Shown here piece after piece: positions 10,441 through 22,318 of a stretch of DNA of 64,000 nt. Source of the stretch: an uncultured Actinomycetes bacterium (GTDB lineage Bacteria > Actinomycetota > UBA4738 > JBBDTT01); assembly GCA_963742735.1 (NCBI GenBank), contig CAVUMN010000003.1, positions 416,001 to 480,000 of the forward strand. Reading direction: 5' to 3'. A program made the position numbers and the translations under genes. The notes beneath the pieces were generated by a model. The model worked only from the letters and a program-made list of their open reading frames with translations. It had not been told where the DNA came from and made no database searches. Positions within the stretch are counted from its first letter, which is position 1; each line of letters opens with the position of its first letter.

Positions 10441-11786
10441 GTGACCAAGCGTCATCGTGCTCGTCGACGGTGAGCACTACCCACCCGTGACCCGCTGGGG
10501 GATCGAGACGGCCCGTGACCGCGGGCTCGAGCCCGTCGCGGTCCTGCTCGTCGGCGGCCGGGAGAAGCTGCCCGCCGACGGCTCGCTCGACCTGGGGGAC
10601 GTCGCGGTCGAGTCGACGGAGGCGCCGCTGACCGCCCTGCCCGAGGCGATCGACCGGCTGCGCCCCGACGCGGTGCTCGACCTCTCGGACGAGCCGGTGC
10701 TCGGGTACCGCGAGCGGATGGAGCTCGCGTCGATCGCCCTCGCCCGGGGATGTCCCTACCTCGGGGCGGACTTCCGGCTGGACCCGCCCCCGCTCGATCC
10801 GCCCCCGCCGATGCCCACGCTCGCGGTGATCGGGACCGGCAAGCGCACCGGCAAGACCGCGATCGGCGGACACCTGGCGCGACTCGCGAAGGCGGCGGGA
10901 CGTCGTCCCGTGGTGGTGGCCATGGGCCGCGGCGGCCCGCCCGAGCCCGAGGTCGCCGAGGGCTCGCTCGACCTGGAGCGGCTCCGCGAGCTGTCGCGCG
11001 AGGGGCGGCACGCGTCGAGCGACTACCTGGAGGACGCCCTCACGGCCGGGGTGACCACGGTCGGGGCCCGCCGGTGCGCGGGCGGGCTGGCCGGGGCTCC
11101 CTTCGCCTCGAACGTTCCCGAGGCCGTCCGCGAGGCCGAGCGGCTGGGCGCCGGACCCGCTGGTGCTCGAGGGCAGCGGCGCCGCCATCCCGCCGGTGGC
11201 GTGGGACGCCGGGGTTCTGGTCGCCCCCGCGTCGCTGGACCCCGAGTATCTGGGGGATACCTGGGCCCGTACCGACTGTTGCGATCGGACCTGTTGGTCA
11301 TTACAATGGTGTCCGGCCCGGGTTCCGGGCCGGCAAGCCTTTCCGCCCTCGTATCCCACGTCCACCGGGTCCGTTCGGATGCCCGGATCGCCATCAGCGA
11401 CTTCGTACCGACGCCGCTCGGCGACGTGGAGGGAAGTCGAGTGTTCTTCTCAACCACCGCATCCCAGCACGGCGCCGATGCGCAGATCCGTTCCCTGGTG
11501 TCGCGCCACGGCGTGACCGTGGTCGGGTGCAGCCGGACGACTCGCCGATCGGGCGGGACTGGCCGAGGACATCCGCAGCGCGCCGGAGTACGACGTCCTG
11601 CTCACCGAGCTGAAGGCCGCCTCCGTCGACGTGGCCGCGGAACTCGCGGCGGAGCGGGGCGCGGAGGTGGTGTTCGTGGACAACCGGCCCGTGACGGTGC
11701 CGGGGCCCGGCGACGGCGAGGTCGACGATCTGCTGATGCGAGACGCGTTCGCCTGGCGGACGAGCGGGCGAAGGAGCGCAGCGTGA
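10441..11786 (+). CDS. cpgS: Cyclic 2,3-diphosphoglycerate synthetase (several frameshifts)
   Basis: LVDGEHYPPV, DLSDEPV, GTGKRTGKTA, MGRGGP.EPE, HASSDYLEDA, RRC.GGLAG, LEGSG, LTELKAA.VD - signature blocks of archaeal CpgS. Confidence 0.88.
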
Positions 11787-12755
11787 CGGTCAAGACGAAG
11801 AAGCGCCCCACGCACATCGTGATCGCCGATCGCGAGCACGGGCTGCCGTACTCGAAGGGGCTGATGGCCTCGCAGCTCATGGTGACCGGGCTGTCGCCGT
11901 ACCGCTCCTACCAGGTGGCGGAGCGCGTGGAGGAGCGCCTGCTCGAGCGCGGCAAGGCGCGCGGTCACCAGCGCCGAGCTCCAGGCCCTCACCGTCCGGG
12001 TCCTCGAGGAGGTGGCGGGGGACCGCTACGCCAAGAACTTCGTGCGCTGGCAGGAGGTCGCCGCGCTCGACGTGCCGCTCGTGATCCTGATCGGCGGCGC
12101 GACCGGGGTCGGGAAGTCGACCATCGCCACCCAGCTCGCCGCCCGGCTCGGCATCGTCCGCGTCGTGGCCACCGATGCGATCCGCGAGGTGATGCGCTCG
12201 ATGTTCAGCTCGGAGCTGATGCCCACGCTGTACACGTCGTCGTTCGACGCCGGACTCGGCGCTGCGGGAGCCGCCGCCGAAGCCCGCCGACCCCGTCATC
12301 GTCGGGTTCCGCGAGCAGACCACGGCGGTCGCCGTCGGCATCCACGCGCTGATCGAGCGGGCCGCTACCGAGGGCACCAGCCTCATCGTGGAGGGCGCCC
12401 ATCTGGTTCCCGGCTTCGTGGACGTCGCGCCGTGGCAGGAGCGGGTGCTCGCCGTCGAGCTCGTGGTTACCGTCGAGGACGAGGACGTGCACCGCGGCCA
12501 CTTCGCGGCGCGGGCCGCGGACGCGGCCTCGCGCCCGTTCGACCGCTACATGAAGGGCTTCCGCAACATCCGCAGGGTGCAGAAGTACATCAAGAGCCAG
12601 GCGCTCTCCCACGGCGTGCCGGTCGTCCCCAACTACAACTTGGACCAGGCGATCGCCGCGGTCGTCGACCTGGTCATGGAACGCGCCACCGAGCGGGTCG
12701 GCCGAGCGAAAGGCACGGACGACTCGCCGACGGCCGACGAGCCGGAGCGCGATAG
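11783..12755 (+). CDS. pgk2: 2-phosphoglycerate kinase with N-terminal ATP-cone (frameshifts; 3' end uncertain, as sequenced it reads in frame into tal)
   Basis: LPYSKGLMA ATP-cone; PLVILIGGATGVGKSTIA P-loop; TDAIREVMR; EGTSLIVEGAHLVPG; adjacent to cpgS. Confidence 0.88.
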
Positions 12756-12768
12756 GGGGAGGGACCCG

Positions 12769-13438
12769 ATGAGGCTGTTCCTGGACACCGCCAACATCGA
12801 CGAGATCCGCGAGATCAACCGATGGGGCGTCCTGCCGGGCGTGACCACGAACCCGTCGCTCCTGGCACGGGAGATGGGCGACGTCGAGAAAGCGTGGCGT
12901 CTGATCCTCGAGGAGGTCTGCCAGGGCGACGTCTCCCTCGAGACGACCGAGCCCGAGGCCGAGGCGATGTACGAGCAGGGCAAGCACCTGGCCTCGCTGG
13001 GCGCCGAACGCCGTCGTGAAGGTCCCGATGACCCCCGACGGCCTCACGGCCGGCAAGCGGCTCACCGAGCGACGGGCATCCGGATCAACGTGACCCTGGT
13101 GTTCTCCCCGGCGCAGGCGATCCTGGCCGCCGAGATCGGCGCCTACATCGTCTCGCCGTTCCTCGGGCGGCATCGACGACGGCGCCGCGGACGGGATGCA
13201 CGCGCTCAGGCAGATCTGCGACATCTATGATGTGCAGGGCTACGAGACCAACGTCCTGGCCGCCTCCCTGCGCCACCCCATGCACGTCGTGGAGTCCGCG
13301 CTGGCGGGCGCCGACATCGCGACGATGCCGTACGACGTCTTCACCAAGCTGGTGAAGCATCCACTCACCGACAAGGGACTCGCGCAGTTCGAGGCGGACT
13401 GGGAGAAGCTCCAGAAAGACCTGAAGGAAGGAGCCTAG
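12769..13438 (+). CDS. tal: Transaldolase / fructose-6-phosphate aldolase family (frameshifts)
   Basis: [46 protein letters not shown]. Confidence 0.9.
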
Positions 13439-13439
13439 T

Positions 13440-15095
<1,656 letters not shown>

Positions 15096-15106
<11 letters not shown>

Positions 15107-15587
15107 GCTCGTCCAGCCAGCCGCGCACCTGCCCGTGGTGCCGGCTCCAGGCTCGCCACACGCCCTCGGCCCATCGCTCGACCAGCTCGACGTGTCGCTC
15201 GGCCGTCCGGGCCGCCCGCACGTCGAGGACGGTCAGGTCGCCGTTCGGCTCCGGGATCTCGAACCGCGGGTACTCGCGGTGCGCGAAGCGGCCGATCGTC
15301 CGGGTGGCCACGTGCGGGGGCACGCCGCCCTCGAGTTGGAGGCACAGGCTCATCAGGTGCACCGCGACCGACTGATTCTCACGGCGACCGGGCTCGCCGG
15401 GGTGCTGCACCGCGTAGGTGTCGACGCTGCGCTGGGCCAGCACGCCGTAGCCCGGCTCCTGCATCTCGCGGCCGCGGATCTCGCCGAACGCCTCCCAGCA
15501 CCCCCAGTTCGCCGTCATGTAGTCATGGGGGACGGCCGGGCCCGGGTCGGTGATCGCGCCGCATCCTGGGCACGGGCTAGGCTTCAT
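15096..15587 (-). CDS. DUF5946-like protein
   Basis: CPGCGA...GCWEAF...VDTYAVQHPG...SVAVHL pattern. Confidence 0.6.
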
Positions 15588-15615
15588 GGCTCCAAGTCTG
15601 ACCGAGGAGGCGCGC

Positions 15616-15840
15616 GTGGCGGGGTGGGGTGACGACACGGTCTCGGCCGAGGTCCGTGAGCTGCTGTCCGAGGGCTGGGTGCCGGTCAAGGTCCACGAGG
15701 ATCGGGAGACCGCCGGCGGCCCGTACGACGTCGTGACCCTCGAGAAGGACGGCGAGTCCCGAGACTTCACCAGCGATCATCTGCACTTCCACCGCTTCGT
15801 CGAAGGCCTCATGGAGGACTTCGGCCTCTCGTACTCCTAG
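15616..15840 (+). CDS. Small acidic hypothetical protein
   Basis: GAGGAGG SD before GTG 15616; good codon bias; ORF 15550..15840. Confidence 0.6.
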   Translation: MAGWGDDTVSAEVRELLSEGWVPVKVHEDRETAGGPYDVVTLEKDGESRDFTSDHLHFHRFVEGLMEDFGLSYS

Positions 15841-15843
15841 GCG

Positions 15844-16056
15844 ATGGGGGTCGCGATCTGGGCGGTGCTGTTCGCCCTGCTGCTGGGGTACCAGGGGTTC
15901 GCGCTGGTCCGCGACGACGACGACTGGCCGGCGTTCAGCGACGTGATGCGGACGGTGATGTCGAACCCGCTGGGCCGCTGGGTCCTGTTCGCGCTGTGGC
16001 TGTGGTTCGGCTGGCATCTGTTCGTGCGGGGTTGGAAGTTCTTCCTCCGGGGCTGA
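15844..16056 (+). CDS. Small membrane protein (DUF6186-like)
   Basis: Two hydrophobic helices; GRWVLFALWLWFGWHLFVR C-terminus. Confidence 0.6.
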   Translation: MGVAIWAVLFALLLGYQGFALVRDDDDWPAFSDVMRTVMSNPLGRWVLFALWLWFGWHLFVRGWKFFLRG

Positions 16057-16058
16057 GC

Positions 16059-16430
16059 GTGCTCGCCGAGGCCGATCCGCTCGACTGGGGCCGGGTCGTT
16101 CGCCAGGCCATCATCCCGGTGGCAAGCGCCTATGGGGTGTTCCTGGCGATCCTCCTGTCGTATCGGCGCGGAGGCGGGCGGGTGGTGGTGGCCGATCGGC
16201 CCGGGCCCGAGCCGACCCACCGAGACCTGCTCCGGTACTTGCTGCGAACCGCGGGAGGAGGGTTCGCCGTCTTCCTGGTCACCGTTGCGGTGTTCTACCT
16301 GCTGCTCGGCGGCCAGGAGCCGGACCTGCTTCGTGAGGCGCTGCTCGAGGGATCGCTGCTCGCGTTCGGGATCGTCATCCCCGGGTTCCTGCTGATCTCC
16401 TGGCTCCACGACCGTCGGAGCTCGAGGTGA
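16059..16430 (+). CDS. Membrane protein (DUF6256-like)
   Basis: Three TM segments; closely packed with neighbours. Confidence 0.55.
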   Translation: MLAEADPLDWGRVVRQAIIPVASAYGVFLAILLSYRRGGGRVVVADRPGPEPTHRDLLRYLLRTAGGGFAVFLVTVAVFYLLLGGQEPDLLREALLEGSLLAFGIVIPGFLLISWLHDRRSSR

Positions 16431-17269
16431 CCCACGGCTCGCGCCGCGTGGGCGAGATCGAGATCGTCGCCCTGTGCGACGGCGTCACGCAGTCCAGCAA
16501 CCTCATCGACGAGAGCTTCCCCGGGGTGGGGGACTGGGACCTCTATCGACGTTCGTTCCCCGGCTCGTTCACCGAGGACGGCACGCGATGGCGGTTCCAC
16601 GTCCACGCCTTCCTGGTCCGAACGCCCGCCTCGCTGATCCTGGTCGACACGGGGGTTGGGCCGCCCGGAACGCCCTGGCCCAAATGGGCCGGCGACGCAT
16701 GCGGCCGGCTGCCGGCCGAGCTGGCCGAGGCGGGCGTCGCGGCGGACGAGGTGGACACGGTCGTCCTCACGCACGTCCACGACGACCACCTCGGCGGGTT
16801 CATCCGCGCGGACGGGGCGATCGCCTTCGCGAAGGCCCGCCACCTGATGCGGCGCGCCGACTTCGACGTCCTGCACGAGGACCGCGAGGACGAGGTGTAC
16901 CTCGAGGCGGTCGTCCGTCCGCTGCAGGCGTCGGGGCAGCTCGAGTTCGTCGACGACGGGCACACGGTCGTGGACGGAGTGACGCTGCTGGCGACGCCCG
17001 GACATACCCCCGGTCACCAGAGCGTGTTGATCGCCTCGGGCGGCGAGACCGCCCTCGTCGCCGGTGACGTCCTGAACCATCCCGGCCAGGTGGCCGATCG
17101 GTTCCCGAGCGGGAGCGATCACGATCCGGACCGCGCGGCCGAGACCCGGGAACGGATCCTCTCGCGCGTCGAGCGGGAGGGGATCGTCCTCTCGACCGCG
17201 CATCTGACCGAGCCGTTCGGCCGCGTCGAGCTCGACGACCTCCGGCGGGTGTGGCGCCCGGTGGGCTAG
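16427..17269 (+). CDS. Metallo-beta-lactamase fold hydrolase
   Basis: LVDTG, THVHDDH, TPGHTPGH, AGDV motifs. Confidence 0.9.
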   Translation: MTHGSRRVGEIEIVALCDGVTQSSNLIDESFPGVGDWDLYRRSFPGSFTEDGTRWRFHVHAFLVRTPASLILVDTGVGPPGTPWPKWAGDACGRLPAELAEAGVAADEVDTVVLTHVHDDHLGGFIRADGAIAFAKARHLMRRADFDVLHEDREDEVYLEAVVRPLQASGQLEFVDDGHTVVDGVTLLATPGHTPGHQSVLIASGGETALVAGDVLNHPGQVADRFPSGSDHDPDRAAETRERILSRVEREGIVLSTAHLTEPFGRVELDDLRRVWRPVG

Positions 17270-18051
17270 GCGGCCTCGACGGGGGAGACGCGGCGGGCGA
17301 CCAGGCCGTCGCGGATGACCAGGAAGTCGCCGGCGTCGAGCTTGGTCCAGGGTTCGTCGGTGAGCGGCACGCTCGCCACGATCACCGCGCGCTCGTCCGG
17401 CGCGTCCCCGAGCCGGAGCGACAGCCGATAGTCCTGGTCGGCCATCCCGATCTCGCCGAGCGTCTCCGCGCGGTGCTCGACGAAGTGCAGCGTCTTGTGG
17501 CCGTCGTGGTACGCGTAGAGCGTCCGCCCGTCGGAGAGCAGGAAGTTCACCTTGCTCTCGCGCTCGGAGAGCTCCCGGCCGGCGGCCAGAACCTCCTCGG
17601 CGATCGCGTCGTCCTCCGCCCCGGCGCCCAACCTGCCGAGCCGGGTCAGCAGGTGATGGAACGCCCGCTCGGAGTCCGTCTCGCCCTGGGGCCTGAACGA
17701 ACCCACGTCCAGCCGCTCGAGCTCCCGCACCGTTCCGTTGTGGGCGAACACCCACCGCCGCCCGAGAGCATCCCCGGTGAACGGGTGCGTGTTCTGCAAC
17801 GACAGCCGCCCGACCGTCGCCGCCCGGACGTGAACGATGAACAAGTCGGAGGAGGGGGGGTCGTTCTCGAGCCGTGCCGCAAGCTCGCTCTCGTCGGCTC
17901 GGTTCGGCTCCTTCAGCAGGTGGGGGACGCCGTCCTCCCACCACGCGAAGCCCCATCCCTCCCGGTTGCCCACCGCCCGGGGGCGGAACTCGTTGAAGTA
18001 CACACCGAGGCGCGCCGCGGGCGAGACCGAGACCCCGAGGAGCTCACACAT
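17266..18051 (-). CDS. Class II (Ntn) glutamine amidotransferase, YafJ/EgtC-like
   Basis: MCELLG N-terminal Cys; HVRAAT, NTHPF, FAHNG, GETDSE. Confidence 0.88.
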   Translation of the reverse strand: MCELLGVSVSPAARLGVYFNEFRPRAVGNREGWGFAWWEDGVPHLLKEPNRADESELAARLENDPPSSDLFIVHVRAATVGRLSLQNTHPFTGDALGRRWVFAHNGTVRELERLDVGSFRPQGETDSERAFHHLLTRLGRLGAGAEDDAIAEEVLAAGRELSERESKVNFLLSDGRTLYAYHDGHKTLHFVEHRAETLGEIGMADQDYRLSLRLGDAPDERAVIVASVPLTDEPWTKLDAGDFLVIRDGLVARRVSPVEAA

Positions 18052-19577
18052 CCGGCAGCGGGCGCTCGGCCACCGACTCGGCAGCCTCCTGGTCCAGGAT
18101 CGACACGGCGCGCTCGTAGATCTCCCGGGCGTCCTCGGGCGAGTCCCCGACTGCCGTGATGCCGACCGACCCGAGCTCGGACAGGGCGCTCATCATGTGG
18201 AACACCACGCCCGTCTGGCGCGACTGGTCGAAGTGCAGCCCGTGACGCACGACGATGTCGAACAGGTCGTCGGGGGTGAGCCCCCGGTACGCCGGGTTCT
18301 CCACGTGGTCGCTGGCGATGAAGAACTTGCGCTTGCCCGAGGGGGCGGTGAACGTCGCGGTCTCCGCGTCGTACGTGCCGTCGGTGAGGAACTGCAGCGT
18401 CAGGAACGGGTGCGTCGTCCCGCCCTTTCGCAGGTTGATCTCGATCGCGTAGGCCTCCCACTCGCCGGCGTCGTTGCGCACCGTGACGAAGTCCAGGGCG
18501 AACCGGCCGATCACGCCCTCCTTCGCCAGGCGCTTCCCGACCTTCGCCGCCTCCCGCGTGATCGCCGGTGCGTACTCCGTGTTCGCCGGGAAGATGCAGC
18601 CGAGATACGACTGACCGCTCGGCCCGCCCAGCATCTGGTCGTGCGTGGACAGCAGCTCGACGTCGCCGAGCGGGGTGGCCCGCAGCTGGACGCTCGGGCT
18701 CATGAAGTCCCGGCCCTGGATCCGCTCCTCGACCACGCCGCCTCGCTCGGCGAACTTGGCGACGTACGCGTCGTACGACGCGTCCTCGAGCTCGAAGGAC
18801 ATGGCCTCGACGGCCTTGAGGATCGCGTCGCGCTCGCCGTCGCCGCCCGGCTCGGGGACGCTCGAGAGGTCCACCAGGGCGTTGCCCTCGCCGGAGACCC
18901 CCTCGTTCAGCTTCACCATCACCTGGGCGAGGGTGGGCTTCCTCGCGCGCAGCGAGGCGATCGCATCCACGACGTCGTCGATGCTCGCGAGGTTCTCCAC
19001 GCCCACGGGGTGGGAGACGCCCTCCTCCTCGAACACCCGGCGGCAGCCGCTCTTGGTTCCCAGCGGGAAGTGGCGAGGGTCGGCCCCGTACATGGGGATG
19101 CCGAGACGCACGGCGACGTCGCGCTCGAGCTCGGTGGTGTTGTACGGGACCATGTGCGCGCGGGTCGGATCCGGGATCAGCGCGCGGATCTGCTCGAGCA
19201 GCGCCGGGCGCTCCAGGAGCTTGACCGACAACGGCTTGCTCGCGCTGTCCAACGCCGGCGACCGGGAACAGCCGCTGCCGCGCGTGGCTGGGGATGACCC
19301 CCGGGAGGAGGTCCAGGTAGTAGTCGATGACGCTCGGCAGGATCGGCTGCGAGGTCACGTAGATCAGCCGTGCCTTGGGCTGGCGGAGCAGCAGGAGCAG
19401 GAACAGGTAGCGCTCCTCGTAGGGCTGCATGACCAGGTTCGATCCCTCGACGACGTCGAGCGTGATGGAGGGGATCACCACGATCGTCTGGGGGTCCTGG
19501 TTCATCGACTGGATCGAGCGCCAGAGGGGAACCAGCCGCTCCTGAAGCTCTTCGAAGCGGGCCTGGACCGTCGACAT
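18044..19577 (-). CDS. PGM1-related ATP-grasp peptide ligase (one frameshift near 19260)
   Basis: [66 protein letters not shown]. Confidence 0.8.
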
Positions 19578-19667
19578 GGCGTCTCCTCGCATCGGGGGAG
19601 GGCCGATTGTAGCGAAGGGGCCGTCTGGTACCCTTCCCGGGAATACGCCGGCGTTGAAACGAGTGCC

Positions 19668-19871
19668 ATGAAAGACGGAATCCACCCCGAGTACGTGACC
19701 GCCACCGTGCATTGCTCGTGTGGCAACACGTTCATCACGCGCTCCACCAAACCGGAGCTGCGCGTCGAGATCTGCTCGAACTGTCACCCGTTCTACACGG
19801 GCAAGCAGAAGCTGGTCGACACGGGCGGCCGGGTCGAGCGCTTCCAGCGCCGCTACGCGAAGCGGGGCTAG
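19668..19871 (+). CDS. rpmE: 50S ribosomal protein L31 (Zn-binding type)
   Basis: MKDGIHPEY...CSCGN...[13 protein letters not shown]. Confidence 0.97.
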   Translation: MKDGIHPEYVTATVHCSCGNTFITRSTKPELRVEICSNCHPFYTGKQKLVDTGGRVERFQRRYAKRG

Positions 19872-19880
19872 TCCCCGCCG

Positions 19881-20855
19881 ATGGCGACCCGCAAGCGCGA
19901 GCACGCGCCCGATCCCGAGCCCGTCTCGTCCGAGGAGCTCGCCCCGACCGCGGCCGAGGCCGCGGCGCATCCTCCGCAGCACTTCTACGGGGGCCAGGCG
20001 GTCCTCGAGGGCGTGATGATGCGCGGCAGGGACCACTGGGCGATCGCCGTGCGCCGCCCCGACAAGTCGATCTTCCTCGACCACTTCACGATCGACTCGA
20101 TCGCCAAGCGCAAGCCGATCTTCGCGAAGTTCGGCCTGCGGGGGATCATCGCTCTCGGGCAGGCCCTGTCGATCGGGGTGAAGGCCCTGACCATCTCCGC
20201 GAACCAGGCCGTCGAGGACGACGAGAAGCTCTCCACCGGCCAGATGGCCCTGTCGATGACGGTGGCCATGTTGATCTTCGTCGGGGTGTTCATCGTCGGC
20301 CCCGCGCTGGCGTTCGGGTTCCTGAAGGGCGCGGTGGGCGCCGGGGTCCTCTCGAACATCCTCGAGGGCGTGCTGCGCGTGCTGCTCTTCCTCGGCTACC
20401 TCGGGCTGATCGGGCGCATGAAGGACATCCGCCGGGTGTTCCAGTACCACGGGGCCGAGCACAAGACGATCGCCGCGTTCGAGCACGACGACCCCCTCGA
20501 GCCGAAGGCCGTCGACACGTACTCCACGTTGCACATCCGCTGCGGCACGAACTTCCTGTTGATCGTGATGGTCCTGACGATCTTCGTGTACTCGCTGATC
20601 CCCACACCCTCGATCTGGTGGCGGGTCGGCTCGCGGATCGTCGGCATCCCGGTCATCGCCGGGCTGGCCTACGAGCTCCTGCGCCTGGGCGCCAAGTACG
20701 AGCACTCGAAGTTCATGCACGCCCTGATGACGCCGGGCCTGTGGCTCCAGAAGATCACCACGAAGCCGCCGAGCGAGGACCAGATCGAGGTCGCCATCGC
20801 CAGCTTCAACGAGGTTCTCAAGGCCGAAGCGGAATCCGAGCAGCCCGCCGCCTGA
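19881..20855 (+). CDS. DUF1385 domain membrane protein
   Basis: GGQAVLEGVMM, FQYHGAEHK, HIRCGTNF; usual position between rpmE and prfA. Confidence 0.88.
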   Translation: MATRKREHAPDPEPVSSEELAPTAAEAAAHPPQHFYGGQAVLEGVMMRGRDHWAIAVRRPDKSIFLDHFTIDSIAKRKPIFAKFGLRGIIALGQALSIGVKALTISANQAVEDDEKLSTGQMALSMTVAMLIFVGVFIVGPALAFGFLKGAVGAGVLSNILEGVLRVLLFLGYLGLIGRMKDIRRVFQYHGAEHKTIAAFEHDDPLEPKAVDTYSTLHIRCGTNFLLIVMVLTIFVYSLIPTPSIWWRVGSRIVGIPVIAGLAYELLRLGAKYEHSKFMHALMTPGLWLQKITTKPPSEDQIEVAIASFNEVLKAEAESEQPAA

Positions 20856-20862
20856 GGGGCGC

Positions 20863-21177
20863 TCAGCCGAACCGGACGTAGAAGCTGCCGCCGCTGGCGA
20901 GCAGGACCACGAAGACCACGATCTCGATCGCGCCGAGGATGATGCCGGCCGTCGCCATCCCCTGCCCGGTTTCGCGGCCACCCGACTTCCGGATCTGATC
21001 CCGGCCGACGAGCCCGAAGATCACGGCGAGGATGGGCGGGATGGCGAACAGCGCGAACAGGAAGACGCCGACCAGACCGAGGACGAGCGACGCGACGGCC
21101 AGGCCGTTGTTCTTGACGTGTTGGTGGTACTGAGCCGGAGGGGTTCCGTCCGGCGGCGGCGGCGGCGTCATCGACAT
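20863..21177 (-). CDS. DUF4190 domain membrane protein
   Basis: Pro-rich N-terminus, NGLAVASLVLG...GQGMATAGIILG. Confidence 0.8.
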   Translation of the reverse strand: MSMTPPPPPDGTPPAQYHQHVKNNGLAVASLVLGLVGVFLFALFAIPPILAVIFGLVGRDQIRKSGGRETGQGMATAGIILGAIEIVVFVVLLASGGSFYVRFG

Positions 21178-21220
21178 CGTCCACGGATGCTAGCGCCGTC
21201 GCTCGCATAATGGAGACGAC

Positions 21221-22318
21221 ATGGACGATGCGATGCGCGCGCGACTGGAGGAGGTCGAGCGCCGCGCGGACGAGCTCTCGGCGAAGCTGTCGGAGCCCGG
21301 CGTGGCGGCGGACACCAACCGCCTCCGCGAGCTCGGCAAGCAGCACGCCGAGCTCGACGCCGTCGTGCGCGCGTTCCGCCAGCACCGGTCGGCCGAGCAG
21401 CAGGCCCAGGAGGGTCTCACCCTGGCGAAGGAGGCCACCGACCCCGAGGAGGCTGCGTTCTACCGCTCCGAGGCCGATCAGGCCCGGGATCGCGCGGCCG
21501 AGCTGGAGTCCGAGCTCGAGGTGCTGCTCCTTCCGAAGGACCCCAACGACGAGCGCAACGTCATCGTCGAGGTCCGGGCCGGCACCGGCGGCGACGAGGC
21601 CGCGTTGTTCGCCGGCGAGCTCCTGGAGATGTACCGGCGCTACGCGGAGCGCAACCGGTGGAAGTCCGAGGTCCTGGCGATGAGCCCCTCGGACATCGGG
21701 GGCATCAAGGAGGCCGTGCTGGCCCTCCGCGGCGAGCGCGCCTTCAGCCGCATGAAGCACGAGGCCGGCGTCCATCGCGTCCAGAGGGTTCCGGTCACGG
21801 AGTCCGGCGGGCGCACGCACACCTCGACCGCGACGGTCGCCGTCCTCCCCGAGGCCGAGGAGACCGATGTCGACATCAAGCGCGAGGACATCGAGATCGA
21901 CGTCTTCCGCTCGAGCGGTCCCGGGGGCCAGTCCGTGAACACCACCGACTCCGCCGTTCGCATCACGCACAAGCCGACCGGCATCGTGGTCAGCGTCCAG
22001 GAGGAGCGCTCCCAGCTGCAGAACAAGGAGAAGGCGATGCGCTACCTGCGCTCGCAGCTCCTCAAGCGCGCGCAGGACGAGGCCCAGCAGAAGGAGGCGG
22101 CGGCGCGCAGCGCTCAGGTCGGCTCCGGGGAGCGCTCGGAGAAGATCCGCACGTACAACTTCCCGCAGAACCGGGTGACCGACCACCGGATCGGCCTGTC
22201 GGTGCACAACATCCCGGAGATCATGGCCGGCGGCATCGACACGTTCATCGAGGCGCTTTCCGCCAAGGAACGCGCCGACCAGCTCGGACGCCGGCCCGAC
22301 GACGACCCGCGGACGTGA
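21221..22318 (+). CDS. prfA: Peptide chain release factor 1
   Basis: GTGGDEA, PVT anticodon, GPGGQ motif. Confidence 0.97.
   Translation: MDDAMRARLEEVERRADELSAKLSEPGVAADTNRLRELGKQHAELDAVVRAFRQHRSAEQQAQEGLTLAKEATDPEEAAFYRSEADQARDRAAELESELEVLLLPKDPNDERNVIVEVRAGTGGDEAALFAGELLEMYRRYAERNRWKSEVLAMSPSDIGGIKEAVLALRGERAFSRMKHEAGVHRVQRVPVTESGGRTHTSTATVAVLPEAEETDVDIKREDIEIDVFRSSGPGGQSVNTTDSAVRITHKPTGIVVSVQEERSQLQNKEKAMRYLRSQLLKRAQDEAQQKEAAARSAQVGSGERSEKIRTYNFPQNRVTDHRIGLSVHNIPEIMAGGIDTFIEALSAKERADQLGRRPDDDPRT

Noticed and set aside
11250-11500. AT-richer patch with TACAAT inside cpgS
   Set aside because: The reading frame stays CpgS-like; no independent support for an internal promoter or insertion
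15585-15588. Two divergent genes sharing one CATG start
   Set aside because: The plus gene has a better start at GTG 15616 behind GAGGAGG
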